Assembly (NCBI GenBank): GCA_965247095.1
Contig: OZ251997.1
Span: 3,168,001-3,232,000, forward strand
DNA: 64,000 nt
Reading direction: 5' to 3'
DNA from: Candidatus Multivorans sp.
GTDB lineage: Bacteria; Acidobacteriota; Thermoanaerobaculia; Multivoradales; Multivoraceae
The position numbers and the translations under genes were made by a program. Shown piece by piece: positions 47,313 to 56,745 of the stretch. Below the pieces are notes generated by a model. The model ran no database searches, was not told the DNA's origin, and saw only the letters and a list, made by a program, of their open reading frames with translations. Positions within the stretch are counted from its first letter, which is position 1. Every line of letters starts with the position of its first letter.

Positions 47313-48427
47313 AGATCTACAGCGCGTTCGTGGTCGCGGAGTTGAAGATGTTCTTCCGCGACCGCGCGGCGCTCTTCTGGTCGCTGGCGTTTCCGACCGT
47401 GATGATGGTCGTCTTCGGCCTGTTCGACTTCGGCAGCTTCGCCCCGCCGGCGGTCGGCATCGTGGACAACGCCAGGAACGAGGCGTCGGCCGTTCTGGTG
47501 TCCGTGTTGAAGGGCGAGTTCGACGGTGAACCGCTCTTCAACGTGCCGGACTCCGACGATGCGGAGTACCTGCGGGCCGAAGTCCTGGCCGGCGACGTCA
47601 CCGCGCTGATGGTGATACCGGAAGACTTCGGCGAACTCGGTTCCACTTCAGTTCTCGACCTCACCTTCGACGGCAGGAAAGCCCAGGAGGCGGAAGCGGC
47701 CCGCGCCATCCTGGGACAGGTGCTCGAAGGCGTGTTCAAGACGGTCGCCGACGTTCCGGCCGAGTACCGGGTCGAGAACTGGGCAACGATTTCGGCCAAC
47801 GAAGTCGCCGGGCGCGGCCAGGGCTTCAAGGGGTTCATCGTGCCCGGCATCGTCTCGCTGTCCATCATGCAGAGCGCGCTTTTCGGCGTGGTGTTCACGC
47901 TCGTCCGGTTGCGAAACCAGGGCGTGCTCAAGCGCCTGTTTGCCACGCCCATCAGCCCGAAGCACTTCCTGGTGGGCTCGCTCACAACAAGGCTCCTGTT
48001 GCTGGTGATGCAGACTTACGTGCTGCTGTGCGTCGGCATCCTCGTGGCCGGCGTCGAGGTGTCTCCGGGCTACGCGCTGTTCTGGCTGGAGGTGATCCCC
48101 TTGATCTTCCTCGGCGGGATCGTGTTCGCCTCCCTGGGCCTGGCGATCTCGGGCATCGCGAAGACGGAGAACACGGCGGCGCCGCTCGCGAACATCGTGT
48201 CGCTGCCGATGATGTTCCTGTCGGGCGTGTTCATCCCCCAGGGTGCGATGCCGGACTGGCTCGTCGCCTTCGCGAAGTGGCTGCCGCTGACCTTCCTGGC
48301 CGACGCGATGCGAGCGATGGTCAACAGCGGTGAAACGCTATTCGTGCAGACCGGCCCGCTCCTGGGGCTGGCAGTGTGGGCAGCCCTCTGCTTCGCACTC
48401 GCCGTGCGGGCGTTCCGGTGGGAGTGA
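47309..48427 (+). CDS. ABC-2 type transporter permease
   Basis: FFRDRAALFW, FIVPG, PMMFLSGVF, LPLT, FRWE; TTGA overlap with the ATPase. Confidence 0.92.
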   Translation: MKIYSAFVVAELKMFFRDRAALFWSLAFPTVMMVVFGLFDFGSFAPPAVGIVDNARNEASAVLVSVLKGEFDGEPLFNVPDSDDAEYLRAEVLAGDVTALMVIPEDFGELGSTSVLDLTFDGRKAQEAEAARAILGQVLEGVFKTVADVPAEYRVENWATISANEVAGRGQGFKGFIVPGIVSLSIMQSALFGVVFTLVRLRNQGVLKRLFATPISPKHFLVGSLTTRLLLLVMQTYVLLCVGILVAGVEVSPGYALFWLEVIPLIFLGGIVFASLGLAISGIAKTENTAAPLANIVSLPMMFLSGVFIPQGAMPDWLVAFAKWLPLTFLADAMRAMVNSGETLFVQTGPLLGLAVWAALCFALAVRAFRWE

Positions 48428-48453
48428 TCGCCGCGCGACGTTGAGGGGCGCCG

Positions 48454-49527
48454 CTAGTTGCCGCCCGAACTCTGCGGCTGGTCGTACTCGGACTCGAGCA
48501 GGCGAGCGCCGCGCAGAACGTTGCCCATCGCATAGTTGCCTTCGTGACAGGCGTACTCGTAGACGCGACTGTCCTTGGCCTTCCAGGTGTACTCACCAGC
48601 CCAGGGCCCCGTCCACGCGTTCGGATCTTCGACCCGGAAGTGGTAGAGCAGATCGCCCTCTTCGGTCCTGGTGAAGCGCTCCTCCACGTGCATGCTCTCG
48701 CTGCCTCCGGGGAGGCCGGTTTCGTTGCGGAAGTTGCGGGTGTCCACAACCAGGGTGTCGCCCTCCCAGTGGCCGATGCCGTCGCCGAGCCACCAGTTGA
48801 CGCCCTCGGGGCTGTGCTCGGAGTCGATGCGCACGATCCGCGCGTCGTGCACCATCTCCGCCAGGATGACGACGTGGTTCTCGGTCTGGACGATCCGGAG
48901 ATAGTTGTTGTACAGGCTGGGCAGCAACGGAGGTCCGCCAACGAAGCCGAGCAGGCAACGCTCGGCCAGGGCCAGGGTCTCGGGGCCGTCGAACGGCCCG
49001 GGTCCGTCATGGTCGAGCCAGGACGCGGTGCCGTCGTTGTTGTGGATAAACGAGGCGAAGTTCCTCGCGATCCGGCGCATTCCCGCCGGCGTCATCATCG
49101 GCCGCCGACCGCTCGGCGGATCGTAGATGATCGAAGTACGGAACTTGCCGTCCACCACGACGGCCTCGGAGCCGGGGTCGATCCAGAACGCGTTGTAGCC
49201 GCCGACACCGCCGCCGCCGAAGCGGTTGTCGCCATCGCCGCCCTTCTTGGGCGCTCCGCGCTCCGCGCCGCCACCTTTGTCTTCTTCGATGGACCGCCAG
49301 AACTCTTCCCTCTGCTCTTCGAGCGCTTTCGCTTCCTCGGCGGTCAGGTACAGGTTGTCGCCGTACTGCGCCGGACGATCGACCGGAGTGACCGTTCCGG
49401 CGTCATACACCCCCGACAGATCGGGTTTGCCGTCAGACAGGCGCTTGATGCCGTCGCCCGTCTCGGCCATGGCCGGCAGAGCGATCAGGAGGAACGAGGC
49501 GACCGAGGCGATGATGAGCTTGCGCAT
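48454..49527 (-). CDS. Secreted hypothetical protein
   Basis: Signal peptide; GKPDLSG, LAERC, WLGDGIGHWEGDTLVVDT, YEYACHEGNY, a conserved uncharacterised family pattern. Confidence 0.8.
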   Translation of the reverse strand: MRKLIIASVASFLLIALPAMAETGDGIKRLSDGKPDLSGVYDAGTVTPVDRPAQYGDNLYLTAEEAKALEEQREEFWRSIEEDKGGGAERGAPKKGGDGDNRFGGGGVGGYNAFWIDPGSEAVVVDGKFRTSIIYDPPSGRRPMMTPAGMRRIARNFASFIHNNDGTASWLDHDGPGPFDGPETLALAERCLLGFVGGPPLLPSLYNNYLRIVQTENHVVILAEMVHDARIVRIDSEHSPEGVNWWLGDGIGHWEGDTLVVDTRNFRNETGLPGGSESMHVEERFTRTEEGDLLYHFRVEDPNAWTGPWAGEYTWKAKDSRVYEYACHEGNYAMGNVLRGARLLESEYDQPQSSGGN

Positions 49528-49645
49528 GGCTTGAGTCCTTCCTTGGCAGCCTGGATCGGTCCGTGCGACCGGGCAAGCATGCTAGCACTCGCGGGCACCG
49601 GCTTTGGCAGCGCTACAGTGGTTTCAGAGAGGAACGACCAGCGAG

Positions 49646-50293
49646 ATGAGGACGAGGCAGAAAGGCGTTCCGGCACATCGCTCGAAGGGTCCCGAGCGCC
49701 CCCTGCTCGCGGCTGTAGGCCTCTGCGCTCTGCTCCAGGCGCTCCCCGCGGCAGTTCAGCCGCAGGGTCCTCCGGAGGAGCCGGCGGTCGAGCAGGTCGA
49801 GCTGAACGGGGTCCTCCACGAGGTGCCGCCGCCCTGGCGCGGCCATCGGATCGGGGAGGCCGCCGACCCGGCCGAACTGGTCCGAGTGCCGCCCGACCTG
49901 AGCGGAAGCCTCGGCATCTACATCACGCCGGAGACCCTGGACGCGCTGGTGGCAATGGCTGCCGACGCGGGGGAGGACGGGATCGAGTTGGAAGTGGACT
50001 CGGGCTTCCGTAGCTTCAGCTTCCAGAAGCGGATCCTGGAAGGCCTGCTAGCGGAGGGCAGACCGTTTCTGAATGCCGTGCGCTGGACCGCCCCGCCGGG
50101 CTACTCGGAGCACATGACGGGCCGCGTCGTCGATTTCGTTCCCAGCGACGCGACCTTCAAGGACATGCCGGCGTACCAGTGGCTGCGGCAACACGCGGCC
50201 GACTTCTGCTTCACGGAGAGCTACCCGCTCGGCAACGCCGGCGGCTTTGATTGGGAACCGTGGCACTGGCGCTACGACGACTGCGACGAGTAG
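49646..50293 (+). CDS. M15B (VanY-like) D-Ala-D-Ala carboxypeptidase
   Basis: SGFRS, APPGYSEH..G..D, EPWHWRY. Confidence 0.9.
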   Translation: MRTRQKGVPAHRSKGPERPLLAAVGLCALLQALPAAVQPQGPPEEPAVEQVELNGVLHEVPPPWRGHRIGEAADPAELVRVPPDLSGSLGIYITPETLDALVAMAADAGEDGIELEVDSGFRSFSFQKRILEGLLAEGRPFLNAVRWTAPPGYSEHMTGRVVDFVPSDATFKDMPAYQWLRQHAADFCFTESYPLGNAGGFDWEPWHWRYDDCDE

Positions 50294-50349
50294 CGTCGCC
50301 TGCCGGGCGAGTGACGCCCCAACTTCCCGCCACACCCAGGAGCACATCC

Positions 50350-50781
50350 ATGCCGAGTTTCGAGAACCACGTCTACCCGCGGGACCCGGAGCAGATCGCC
50401 GCCATGCAGGAGCCCGGTCCACACGGCCCGATCTACATGGTCAATCTGCTGAAGTTCAAGGCGAAGGCCGAGTACACCGATGGCCGCGAGACGGATCTCA
50501 CCGGGCGCGAGGCCTACCAGATCTACGGCCGGGCAGTCAGCGAGATCATCCAGGACTTCGGCGGGCACGTCGTCTTTGCCGCAGACGTGACGAACCTCTC
50601 GCTCGGGCGGGTCGAGGACCTCTGGGACGAGGTCGCAATCGCCTGCTACCCGAAGCGCGCCGCCCTGGTCGCGATGTCGACGTCGGAACCCTGGCGCAAA
50701 GCCGCCGTCCACCGCGAAGCGGGCCTGGCCGGTCAGCTCAACATCGAGACGGTTTCTGCTGCCGGATTTGGCGGAGATTGA
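50350..50781 (+). CDS. DUF1330 family protein
   Basis: GPIYMVNLLKF..GREAY..WDEVAIACYP..HREAGL; AGGAG RBS. Confidence 0.85.
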   Translation: MPSFENHVYPRDPEQIAAMQEPGPHGPIYMVNLLKFKAKAEYTDGRETDLTGREAYQIYGRAVSEIIQDFGGHVVFAADVTNLSLGRVEDLWDEVAIACYPKRAALVAMSTSEPWRKAAVHREAGLAGQLNIETVSAAGFGGD

Positions 50782-50817
50782 GCCGGCGGGGTAGTGCCGG
50801 CTGGTGCCTTGAAACGC

Positions 50818-51405
50818 CTAGTCTTCGCCACCGTCCAGGATCTCGGCGAGCTTCTCCTCGCTCAGGCCACGCTCCGCAGCCTGCCTGCCAACGCGCCGGC
50901 AGTGCTCGTCGAGCTCGGCCAAGGGCGGCTCGGTCACTTCCAGAACGGCACGGACGATGTCCGGCGCGATCCGAAAGTCGGAGCGAAGGAGCTGCTCGAA
51001 GACGTCGCGAGCGGACTCGATGATCCCCCGCCGGCGGGCCAGCCCGACGATGGCGGCAGTGCCCGCGACCTCCAGTCCTGCGGCCCGCGCTTCCCTTCGA
51101 CCGAGCCGGTCGTCCAGGAGCACCAAAACCGAACCGCGATGCTCGCGCGCGGCGACGATCGTTGACCACTCGCCCTCGCCCAGATGGGGCGGACAGTCCG
51201 GGAGCGGCCGCGCGGCTGCTCTGGACCGAAGCCAACCCTGATCGAAGGCCGCCGCGATCTGGGCTTCCAATCCTCCCCGCTCAAGCTCGTCCCGTACCGC
51301 AGCGGTCATCTCGACCGTCCCGAACAGCTCCCTCAGCCAAACGACTCCGCCGACCCGCGACAGTCCGACCAGGGGGCTCGCGTCGGTCAGGACGAGGCGA
51401 GCCAT
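50818..51405 (-). CDS. DUF3368 family PIN-like protein (putative toxin)
   Basis: LTDASPLVGL, LGEGE, LLDDRLGRREA, GTAAIV. Confidence 0.82.
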   Translation of the reverse strand: MARLVLTDASPLVGLSRVGGVVWLRELFGTVEMTAAVRDELERGGLEAQIAAAFDQGWLRSRAAARPLPDCPPHLGEGEWSTIVAAREHRGSVLVLLDDRLGRREARAAGLEVAGTAAIVGLARRRGIIESARDVFEQLLRSDFRIAPDIVRAVLEVTEPPLAELDEHCRRVGRQAAERGLSEEKLAEILDGGED

Positions 51406-51731
51406 GCCTCGAGCGTCTCGAGGTCCGCCTTGGCGTCGGCCCCGTCTCTCTGGACCACGGCGGCCCCCAGACGCGACAGATGGCTGATCATCTCCACCAC
51501 AGACACTCTGGCCAAACGGGCCGCCCGGCCAAGCGAGATGGACCCGCCCTGAAACAGAGCCGCCGCGAGGGCCAGCAGAACGTCAGGTTTGTCGGGAAGC
51601 TGCTCGAGGTCGAGGTGAAGAAGCAGCGCCTCCGGGTGATCGCCTTTGAGCACGAGGACGGGAGCCTCTGCCGCACTGCGAAGAGCTTCAGAGGGGTTGT
51701 TCTTGAGCTGCCTGACGTTGACGGATCGCAT
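51387..51731 (-). CDS. Phd-like plus UPF0175 putative antitoxin
   Basis: VNVRQLKNNPSEALR..PVLVLKGDHP followed by LFQGGSISLGRAARLA. Confidence 0.8.
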   Translation of the reverse strand: MRSVNVRQLKNNPSEALRSAAEAPVLVLKGDHPEALLLHLDLEQLPDKPDVLLALAAALFQGGSISLGRAARLARVSVVEMISHLSRLGAAVVQRDGADAKADLETLEAWLASS

Positions 51732-51854
51732 GGGAACGGTGCGCAGGAACGTAACGCAGGAACCGCGATCGGTCAAGTCCTGCGCAACCGGGCACACGCC
51801 CAACTGCTCCCGCGGGGGCCGATCCGTGTAGGCTGGACTGCGGGAGACTTCAAC

Positions 51855-53342
51855 ATGCAGACGATCGAACACCACGTCAACGGAACCACCCACCCGGCCC
51901 GGTCCGGCAGGACACACAGCGTCTTCAACCCCGCCACGGGCGAGCAGACCGCGGCGGTCGGCCTGGCCAGCACGGACGAGGTCGATGCCGCTGTCGCCGC
52001 CGCGGCGGACGCGTTCAGCGGCTGGCGGCGCACGTCGCTGGCGGCGCGCACGAAGCTGATGTACGCCTTCCGGAACCTCGTCGAGGCCCACACGGACGAG
52101 ATCGCCCGGCTGCTGACGAGCCAGCACGGCAAGGTGCTCTCGGACGCGGCGGGCGAAGTGGCCCGCGGGATCGAGAACATCGAGTACGCCTGCGGCCTGG
52201 CCGACCTGCTCAAGGGGAGCTACAACTCCCACGCCTCGACCGGCGTCGACGTCTACTCGGTGCGCCAGCCTCTGGGCGTCGTGGCGGGCATCACACCGTT
52301 CAACTTCCCGGCCATGGTGCCGCTGTGGATGTTCCCGAACGCCGTGGCCTGCGGGAACACCTTCGTGCTGAAGCCCTCGGAGCGGGACCCGTCGGCGCCC
52401 CTCTTCCTGGCGGAACTCTTCGACCGGGCCGGCTTCCCTCCCGGCGTACTCAACGTGGTCAACGGCGACAAGGTGGCGGTCGACCGTCTCCTGACCCACC
52501 CGGATATCGCGGCAGTCAGCTTCGTCGGATCGACGCCGATCGCGCGCTATGTGTACGAGACGGGCACCGGGGCGGGTAAACGGGTCCAGGCGCTCGGCGG
52601 CGCCAAGAACCACATGGTGGTACTGCCCGACGCCGACATCAATCTGGCCGCCGACGCGGCCGTGTCTGCCGCCTACGGCTCAGCCGGCGAGCGCTGCATG
52701 GCGATCTCCGTCGTCGTCGCCGTCGGCGGAGTGGCGGATCCCCTGGTCGAGGCGATCCGGGAGCGGATGGACAAGCTCTCAATCGGCCCCGGCACCGACC
52801 CGAAGTCGGAGATGGGCCCGCTGATCACCCGCGAACACCGCGATCGGGTGGCGGGCTACATCGGGGCCGGCGCCGAGGAGGGCGCCACCGTCGTGGTCGA
52901 CGGCCGGGAGACGGTCTTCGACGGCGACGGCTTCTTCCTGGGGGTGTCCCTGCTCGACCACGTGACCCCGGACATGACCGTCTACCGCGACGAGATCTTC
53001 GGGCCGGTGCTGAGCGTGGTCCGCGCGGACACCTACCGCGAGGCGGTGGACCTCGTCGAGCAGAACCCGTGGGGCAACGGGACCGCGATCTTCACCCGCG
53101 ACGGCGGCGCCGCCCGCCAGTTCCAGGAGGATGCGGACGCCGGCATGGTCGGGGTCAACGTGCCGATCCCGGTGCCGGTCGGCTACCACTCCTTCGGCGG
53201 CTGGAAGCAGTCGCTGTTCGGCGACACCCACATGTACGGGCCCGAGGGCGTCCACTTCTACACGAAGGCGAAGGTCGTCACCTCCCGCTGGCCGGACCCG
53301 GCCGACAGCCAGGTGGACCTGGGGTTCCCGCGGAATCGGTAG
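51855..53342 (+). CDS. mmsA: CoA-acylating methylmalonate-semialdehyde dehydrogenase
   Basis: ITPFNFPAMVP, LKPSE, FVGST, GAKNH, AGERCMA, EIFGP, GVNVPIPVP. Confidence 0.95.
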   Translation: MQTIEHHVNGTTHPARSGRTHSVFNPATGEQTAAVGLASTDEVDAAVAAAADAFSGWRRTSLAARTKLMYAFRNLVEAHTDEIARLLTSQHGKVLSDAAGEVARGIENIEYACGLADLLKGSYNSHASTGVDVYSVRQPLGVVAGITPFNFPAMVPLWMFPNAVACGNTFVLKPSERDPSAPLFLAELFDRAGFPPGVLNVVNGDKVAVDRLLTHPDIAAVSFVGSTPIARYVYETGTGAGKRVQALGGAKNHMVVLPDADINLAADAAVSAAYGSAGERCMAISVVVAVGGVADPLVEAIRERMDKLSIGPGTDPKSEMGPLITREHRDRVAGYIGAGAEEGATVVVDGRETVFDGDGFFLGVSLLDHVTPDMTVYRDEIFGPVLSVVRADTYREAVDLVEQNPWGNGTAIFTRDGGAARQFQEDADAGMVGVNVPIPVPVGYHSFGGWKQSLFGDTHMYGPEGVHFYTKAKVVTSRWPDPADSQVDLGFPRNR

Positions 53343-53723
53343 CTACTCGAAGGTCCACTCCTGGGGTTCGGCGCCGTCTTCCGGCCGCGCCTCACGCACC
53401 ACAACAGGTGGCGTCTCTCCCTGCTGGTAGGTGAACACGTACTTCAGGGCTTTCCGGTTCTCTTCGGGGACCGGGTCCACGTGCGTGGCGAGTTCCGGGC
53501 CGTCAAAGACGTTGATCTTGCAGAACTCCTCCCCCCGACACAGGAACTTCCCCATCTGCACCCAGTCCTCCATCTTCGTGTCGGGCTGAATCCAGACGCC
53601 CCAGGCGAGGCCCGTCAGGCCGACCGGATTGAGGGGCGGCGGGGAATCGCCCTGCTGCTGTCCGGTGGCCGCAACGGAGAGGAAGAAGATGGTGCTGATC
53701 GTGACGAGTGCGCGTCGGTTCAT
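53343..53723 (-). CDS. Secreted hypothetical protein
   Basis: MNRRALVTISTIFFLSVAATG signal-like N-terminus; ATGA coupling to the upstream remnant. Confidence 0.65.
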   Translation of the reverse strand: MNRRALVTISTIFFLSVAATGQQQGDSPPPLNPVGLTGLAWGVWIQPDTKMEDWVQMGKFLCRGEEFCKINVFDGPELATHVDPVPEENRKALKYVFTYQQGETPPVVVREARPEDGAEPQEWTFE

Positions 53724-54115
53724 GGCAGGGTCACCTCGAAGAATCGGTCCCATAATGCCATGCGGGCTTCGTGGAGCTTGCTCCCGGCCTCGATCGTCGA
53801 TCCGAACTCGAGGTGCCGTGCCGTGTCCTGCTTGAACTCCGGCCACGCCGGCAGATCCGAGCTGCCCAGCGGGTTCGGGTCCCCGGTCGCGGCGAAGGCG
53901 ACCCAGTAGTCCGACATCGCCCGGGCGAGCTGGTGGTCGGCTTCGGCGTACTCGTAGTCCAGCTTGTCCAGGTTGGCGAAGGCCTCGCCGGCGCTCTCGG
54001 CCGAGCCGTCCTCGGACGAGCGGAGTTCAGGCAGACCGTCGAAGAAGCCGCCGCTCTGGCCGATCACGCGGTGGAGGAGGCCCCGCTGGGGCGGCCGGAA
54101 ACGAAGCTCGCCCAT
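53720..54115 (-). pseudogene. Collapsed remnant of a type B carboxylesterase
   Basis: GELRFRPPQ (N-terminal motif) joined to RGLLHRVIGQSG (middle) and MSDYWVAFAATGDPN..LPAWP (C-terminal); catalytic GESAG missing. Confidence 0.8.
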
Positions 54116-54279
54116 CCGTTCTGCACGTAGAGCGAGTCGCCGTGGATCGTCGGCGCCGAGCGCGGGCCGTCGCCCTTGTCCGGGTGAACGTAGAGGGGGC
54201 CGAGCTCCCGCACCCAGACCTCGCCGCCATCGCCGGCCCGCAGACGAAAGACCGCGCTCGTTCTGAACATCGGTCGCAT
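54116..54279 (-). pseudogene. Fragment of a PQQ-like beta-propeller protein gene
   Basis: FRLRAGDGGEVWVRELG..GDGPRSAPTIHGDSLYV. Confidence 0.6.
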
Positions 54280-54412
54280 GATCGCCCCTTCATTCACTGG
54301 CTGACGAGCCAGCATTATGCCGGCCGGCCGCGCAGGTGCCGGATCGTACTGTTTCCTCGCCGACCGTTACAGTGCGGCGCACCAACAGGACTGAGCACGG
54401 AGGAGCACAGCC

Positions 54413-55480
54413 ATGGAATTCTGGACCAAGACCGTCGCCGCACCGACCCGCAGTGCCGAGTTCGCCCTCGAGGCCGAGGACCGGGGCTGGGACGGCATAG
54501 ACGTCGTCGACTCGCAGAACCTCTCCGGCGACCCGTACGTTTTTCTCGCCCTGGCAGCGACGACGACCAAGAAGCTGGGGGTCGCGACTTCGGTGACGAA
54601 CCCGGTCACGCGGCACCCGGCGGCTACGGCATCCTCGGCCCTCTCCGTGCAACTGGTGTCACGGGGCCGGATGGTGCTGGGCATCGGCCGCGGCGACAGC
54701 GCGCTGGCGCACCTCGGCCGGGCGCCCGCCCGCCTGGGATGGTTCGAGAACCACCTCGTCAACCTGCAGGCGTACCTGCGCGGCGAGGAAGTGGCGTTCG
54801 AGGACACGAGCATTGCGGACGAAGCCGCGCCGCTTGCCGAGAAGCTCGGATTGGCGCACGGTCCGTCGGCCAGCGCGATCCGCTGGATCGGCGACGGGCC
54901 TAAGGTGCCGGTCGAGGTCGCGGCCACCGGCCCGAAGGTGATCGGGATCGCCGCCCGGCAGGCCGACCGGGTCATGCTCGCCGTCGGCGCCGACCCGAAA
55001 CGCGTCGCCTGGGGCATCGAGACGGCGCGCCAAGCCGCCGCGGCCGCCGGCCGCGACCCGGACTCGCTCCAGTTCGGCGCCTACGTGAACGTCGTCTGCT
55101 GTGACGACCCGGCAATCGGCCGCGAGCTCGGACGTGCATCCACCGGCCTGTTCGCCCGCTTCTCGGTCATGTACGGGGAGATCGCCGGCCCCGCCGACGA
55201 TCGCCAGGCCGAGGTGTTCCACAAGCTCCACGACAGCTACGACATGAACGCCCACGGCCGGGAGGGCGGTCAGCAGACGACCGCGCTGACCGACGAGTTC
55301 ATCGACGGCTATGCGATCGTCGGCGGGCCTGAGCACTGCGTGGCCCGGATCGAGGCGTTGCTCGAGCTGGGCATCGAGAAGTTCGCCGTCACCGGACCCA
55401 ACTTCGCGGCGCCGAGCCCGCCGGCCCGGGAAGCCGCGGAGCGGTTCACGGACGACGTCCTGCCACTGCTGCGGGGGTAG
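54413..55480 (+). CDS. LLM class flavin-dependent oxidoreductase
   Basis: VVDSQ..DPYV, VTNPVTRHP, GRMVLGIGRGD, AATGPK, AD. Confidence 0.92.
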   Translation: MEFWTKTVAAPTRSAEFALEAEDRGWDGIDVVDSQNLSGDPYVFLALAATTTKKLGVATSVTNPVTRHPAATASSALSVQLVSRGRMVLGIGRGDSALAHLGRAPARLGWFENHLVNLQAYLRGEEVAFEDTSIADEAAPLAEKLGLAHGPSASAIRWIGDGPKVPVEVAATGPKVIGIAARQADRVMLAVGADPKRVAWGIETARQAAAAAGRDPDSLQFGAYVNVVCCDDPAIGRELGRASTGLFARFSVMYGEIAGPADDRQAEVFHKLHDSYDMNAHGREGGQQTTALTDEFIDGYAIVGGPEHCVARIEALLELGIEKFAVTGPNFAAPSPPAREAAERFTDDVLPLLRG

Positions 55481-55500
55481 GAGAACGGCCAGCTAGCTGC

Positions 55501-56745
55501 TCACGCGTTCCGTTTGATGTCCCGGAACGGACCCTGGTCGGCGCGGAATCCCTTCGGCATCCCGAGCACGCGCTCGGAGATGATGTTGCGCTGGATCTCG
55601 TCCGTGCCACCGGCGATCGAGATCGCGGGCACGGAGACCAGGACTTCGGCGACGATGCCGTCCGCGGCCGATTCGGGGCCGCTCAGCATCGCGTCCGCGC
55701 CCGAGATCATCGTGTGGACCAGGGACGCCTGCCGCGCGATGACGCTCGCCGCCAACTTGCCGATCGACCCGGCCGGGATGATCTCGGTCGTGCCCGCCTT
55801 TTGCTGCGCCTCCGCGCTGTCGGACGCGAGCGAGGCCCCCCGGGAGAGACAGATCAACTTCGCGATCTCCTGCCGCACGGCCGGATCCGCGATCGCGCCT
55901 GTCGCGCGCGCGCGCGGCAGCACGAGGTCCACCCGGCCCTCACGTTGGGGATACCAGGTGTAGGGCTCGGTCGCGATCCGGAGCTCCTCTTCGTACTCCT
56001 CGTAGATGGGCCCCTGCTTCGGCCCCTGGAGCGAGGAACCCCTGACCCGGCGGCTGAAACCGCGCCGTTCGAACGACAGCGTGGTCGCGGCGACATGCCA
56101 GCCGTTGCCTTCGCCGCCGATCAGGTCCTCGGCCGGCACGGCGGCGTTCGACATGAACACCTCGTTGAACGACTGATGCCCGTTCATCTGCTTGAGCGGC
56201 CGCACCTCGACTCCGGGCTGCCGCATGTCGAGAAGGAAGTAGCTGATCCCCTGGTGCTTCGGCACGTCCCAGTCGCTGCGCGCGACCAGGAGCCCGAAGT
56301 CCGCGTGGTGGGCGCTCGTGTTCCAGACCTTCTGGCCGTTGACGATCCACTTGCCGTCTTTGAACTCGGCACGGGTGCTCAGGCCGGCCAGATCGGAGCC
56401 GCTGCCGGGCTCACTGAAGAGCTGGCACCAGGTGTGTTCGCCGGTCAGGATGGGCCGGAGGAACCGCCGCTTCTGGTCGTCCGACCCGCAGGCGAGGATC
56501 GTCTCCGATGCGAGACCGCGCGGACCCACCTGGGCCGCCGGCACCACGTCCTTCTCCCTGAAGACCTCGGCGACCACCGCGGCCTGGTCGAGCGTGAAGC
56601 CGCGCCCGAACCACTCCTCGGGCCAGTGCGGCGCCGCCCAGCCACCCTCGAGCAGGATGTTCCGCCACTCGATCAGGGGACGATCGGTACGCCAGTTCGC
56701 ATCGAGCCAGGCCGAGACTTCGCGCCGGATCTGTTCCGGGGTCAT
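55501..56745 (-). CDS. Acyl-CoA dehydrogenase
   Basis: WCQLFSEPGSGSDLA, NGQKVW, FNEVF, SIAGGTDEIQRNII. Confidence 0.93.
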   Translation of the reverse strand: MTPEQIRREVSAWLDANWRTDRPLIEWRNILLEGGWAAPHWPEEWFGRGFTLDQAAVVAEVFREKDVVPAAQVGPRGLASETILACGSDDQKRRFLRPILTGEHTWCQLFSEPGSGSDLAGLSTRAEFKDGKWIVNGQKVWNTSAHHADFGLLVARSDWDVPKHQGISYFLLDMRQPGVEVRPLKQMNGHQSFNEVFMSNAAVPAEDLIGGEGNGWHVAATTLSFERRGFSRRVRGSSLQGPKQGPIYEEYEEELRIATEPYTWYPQREGRVDLVLPRARATGAIADPAVRQEIAKLICLSRGASLASDSAEAQQKAGTTEIIPAGSIGKLAASVIARQASLVHTMISGADAMLSGPESAADGIVAEVLVSVPAISIAGGTDEIQRNIISERVLGMPKGFRADQGPFRDIKRNA

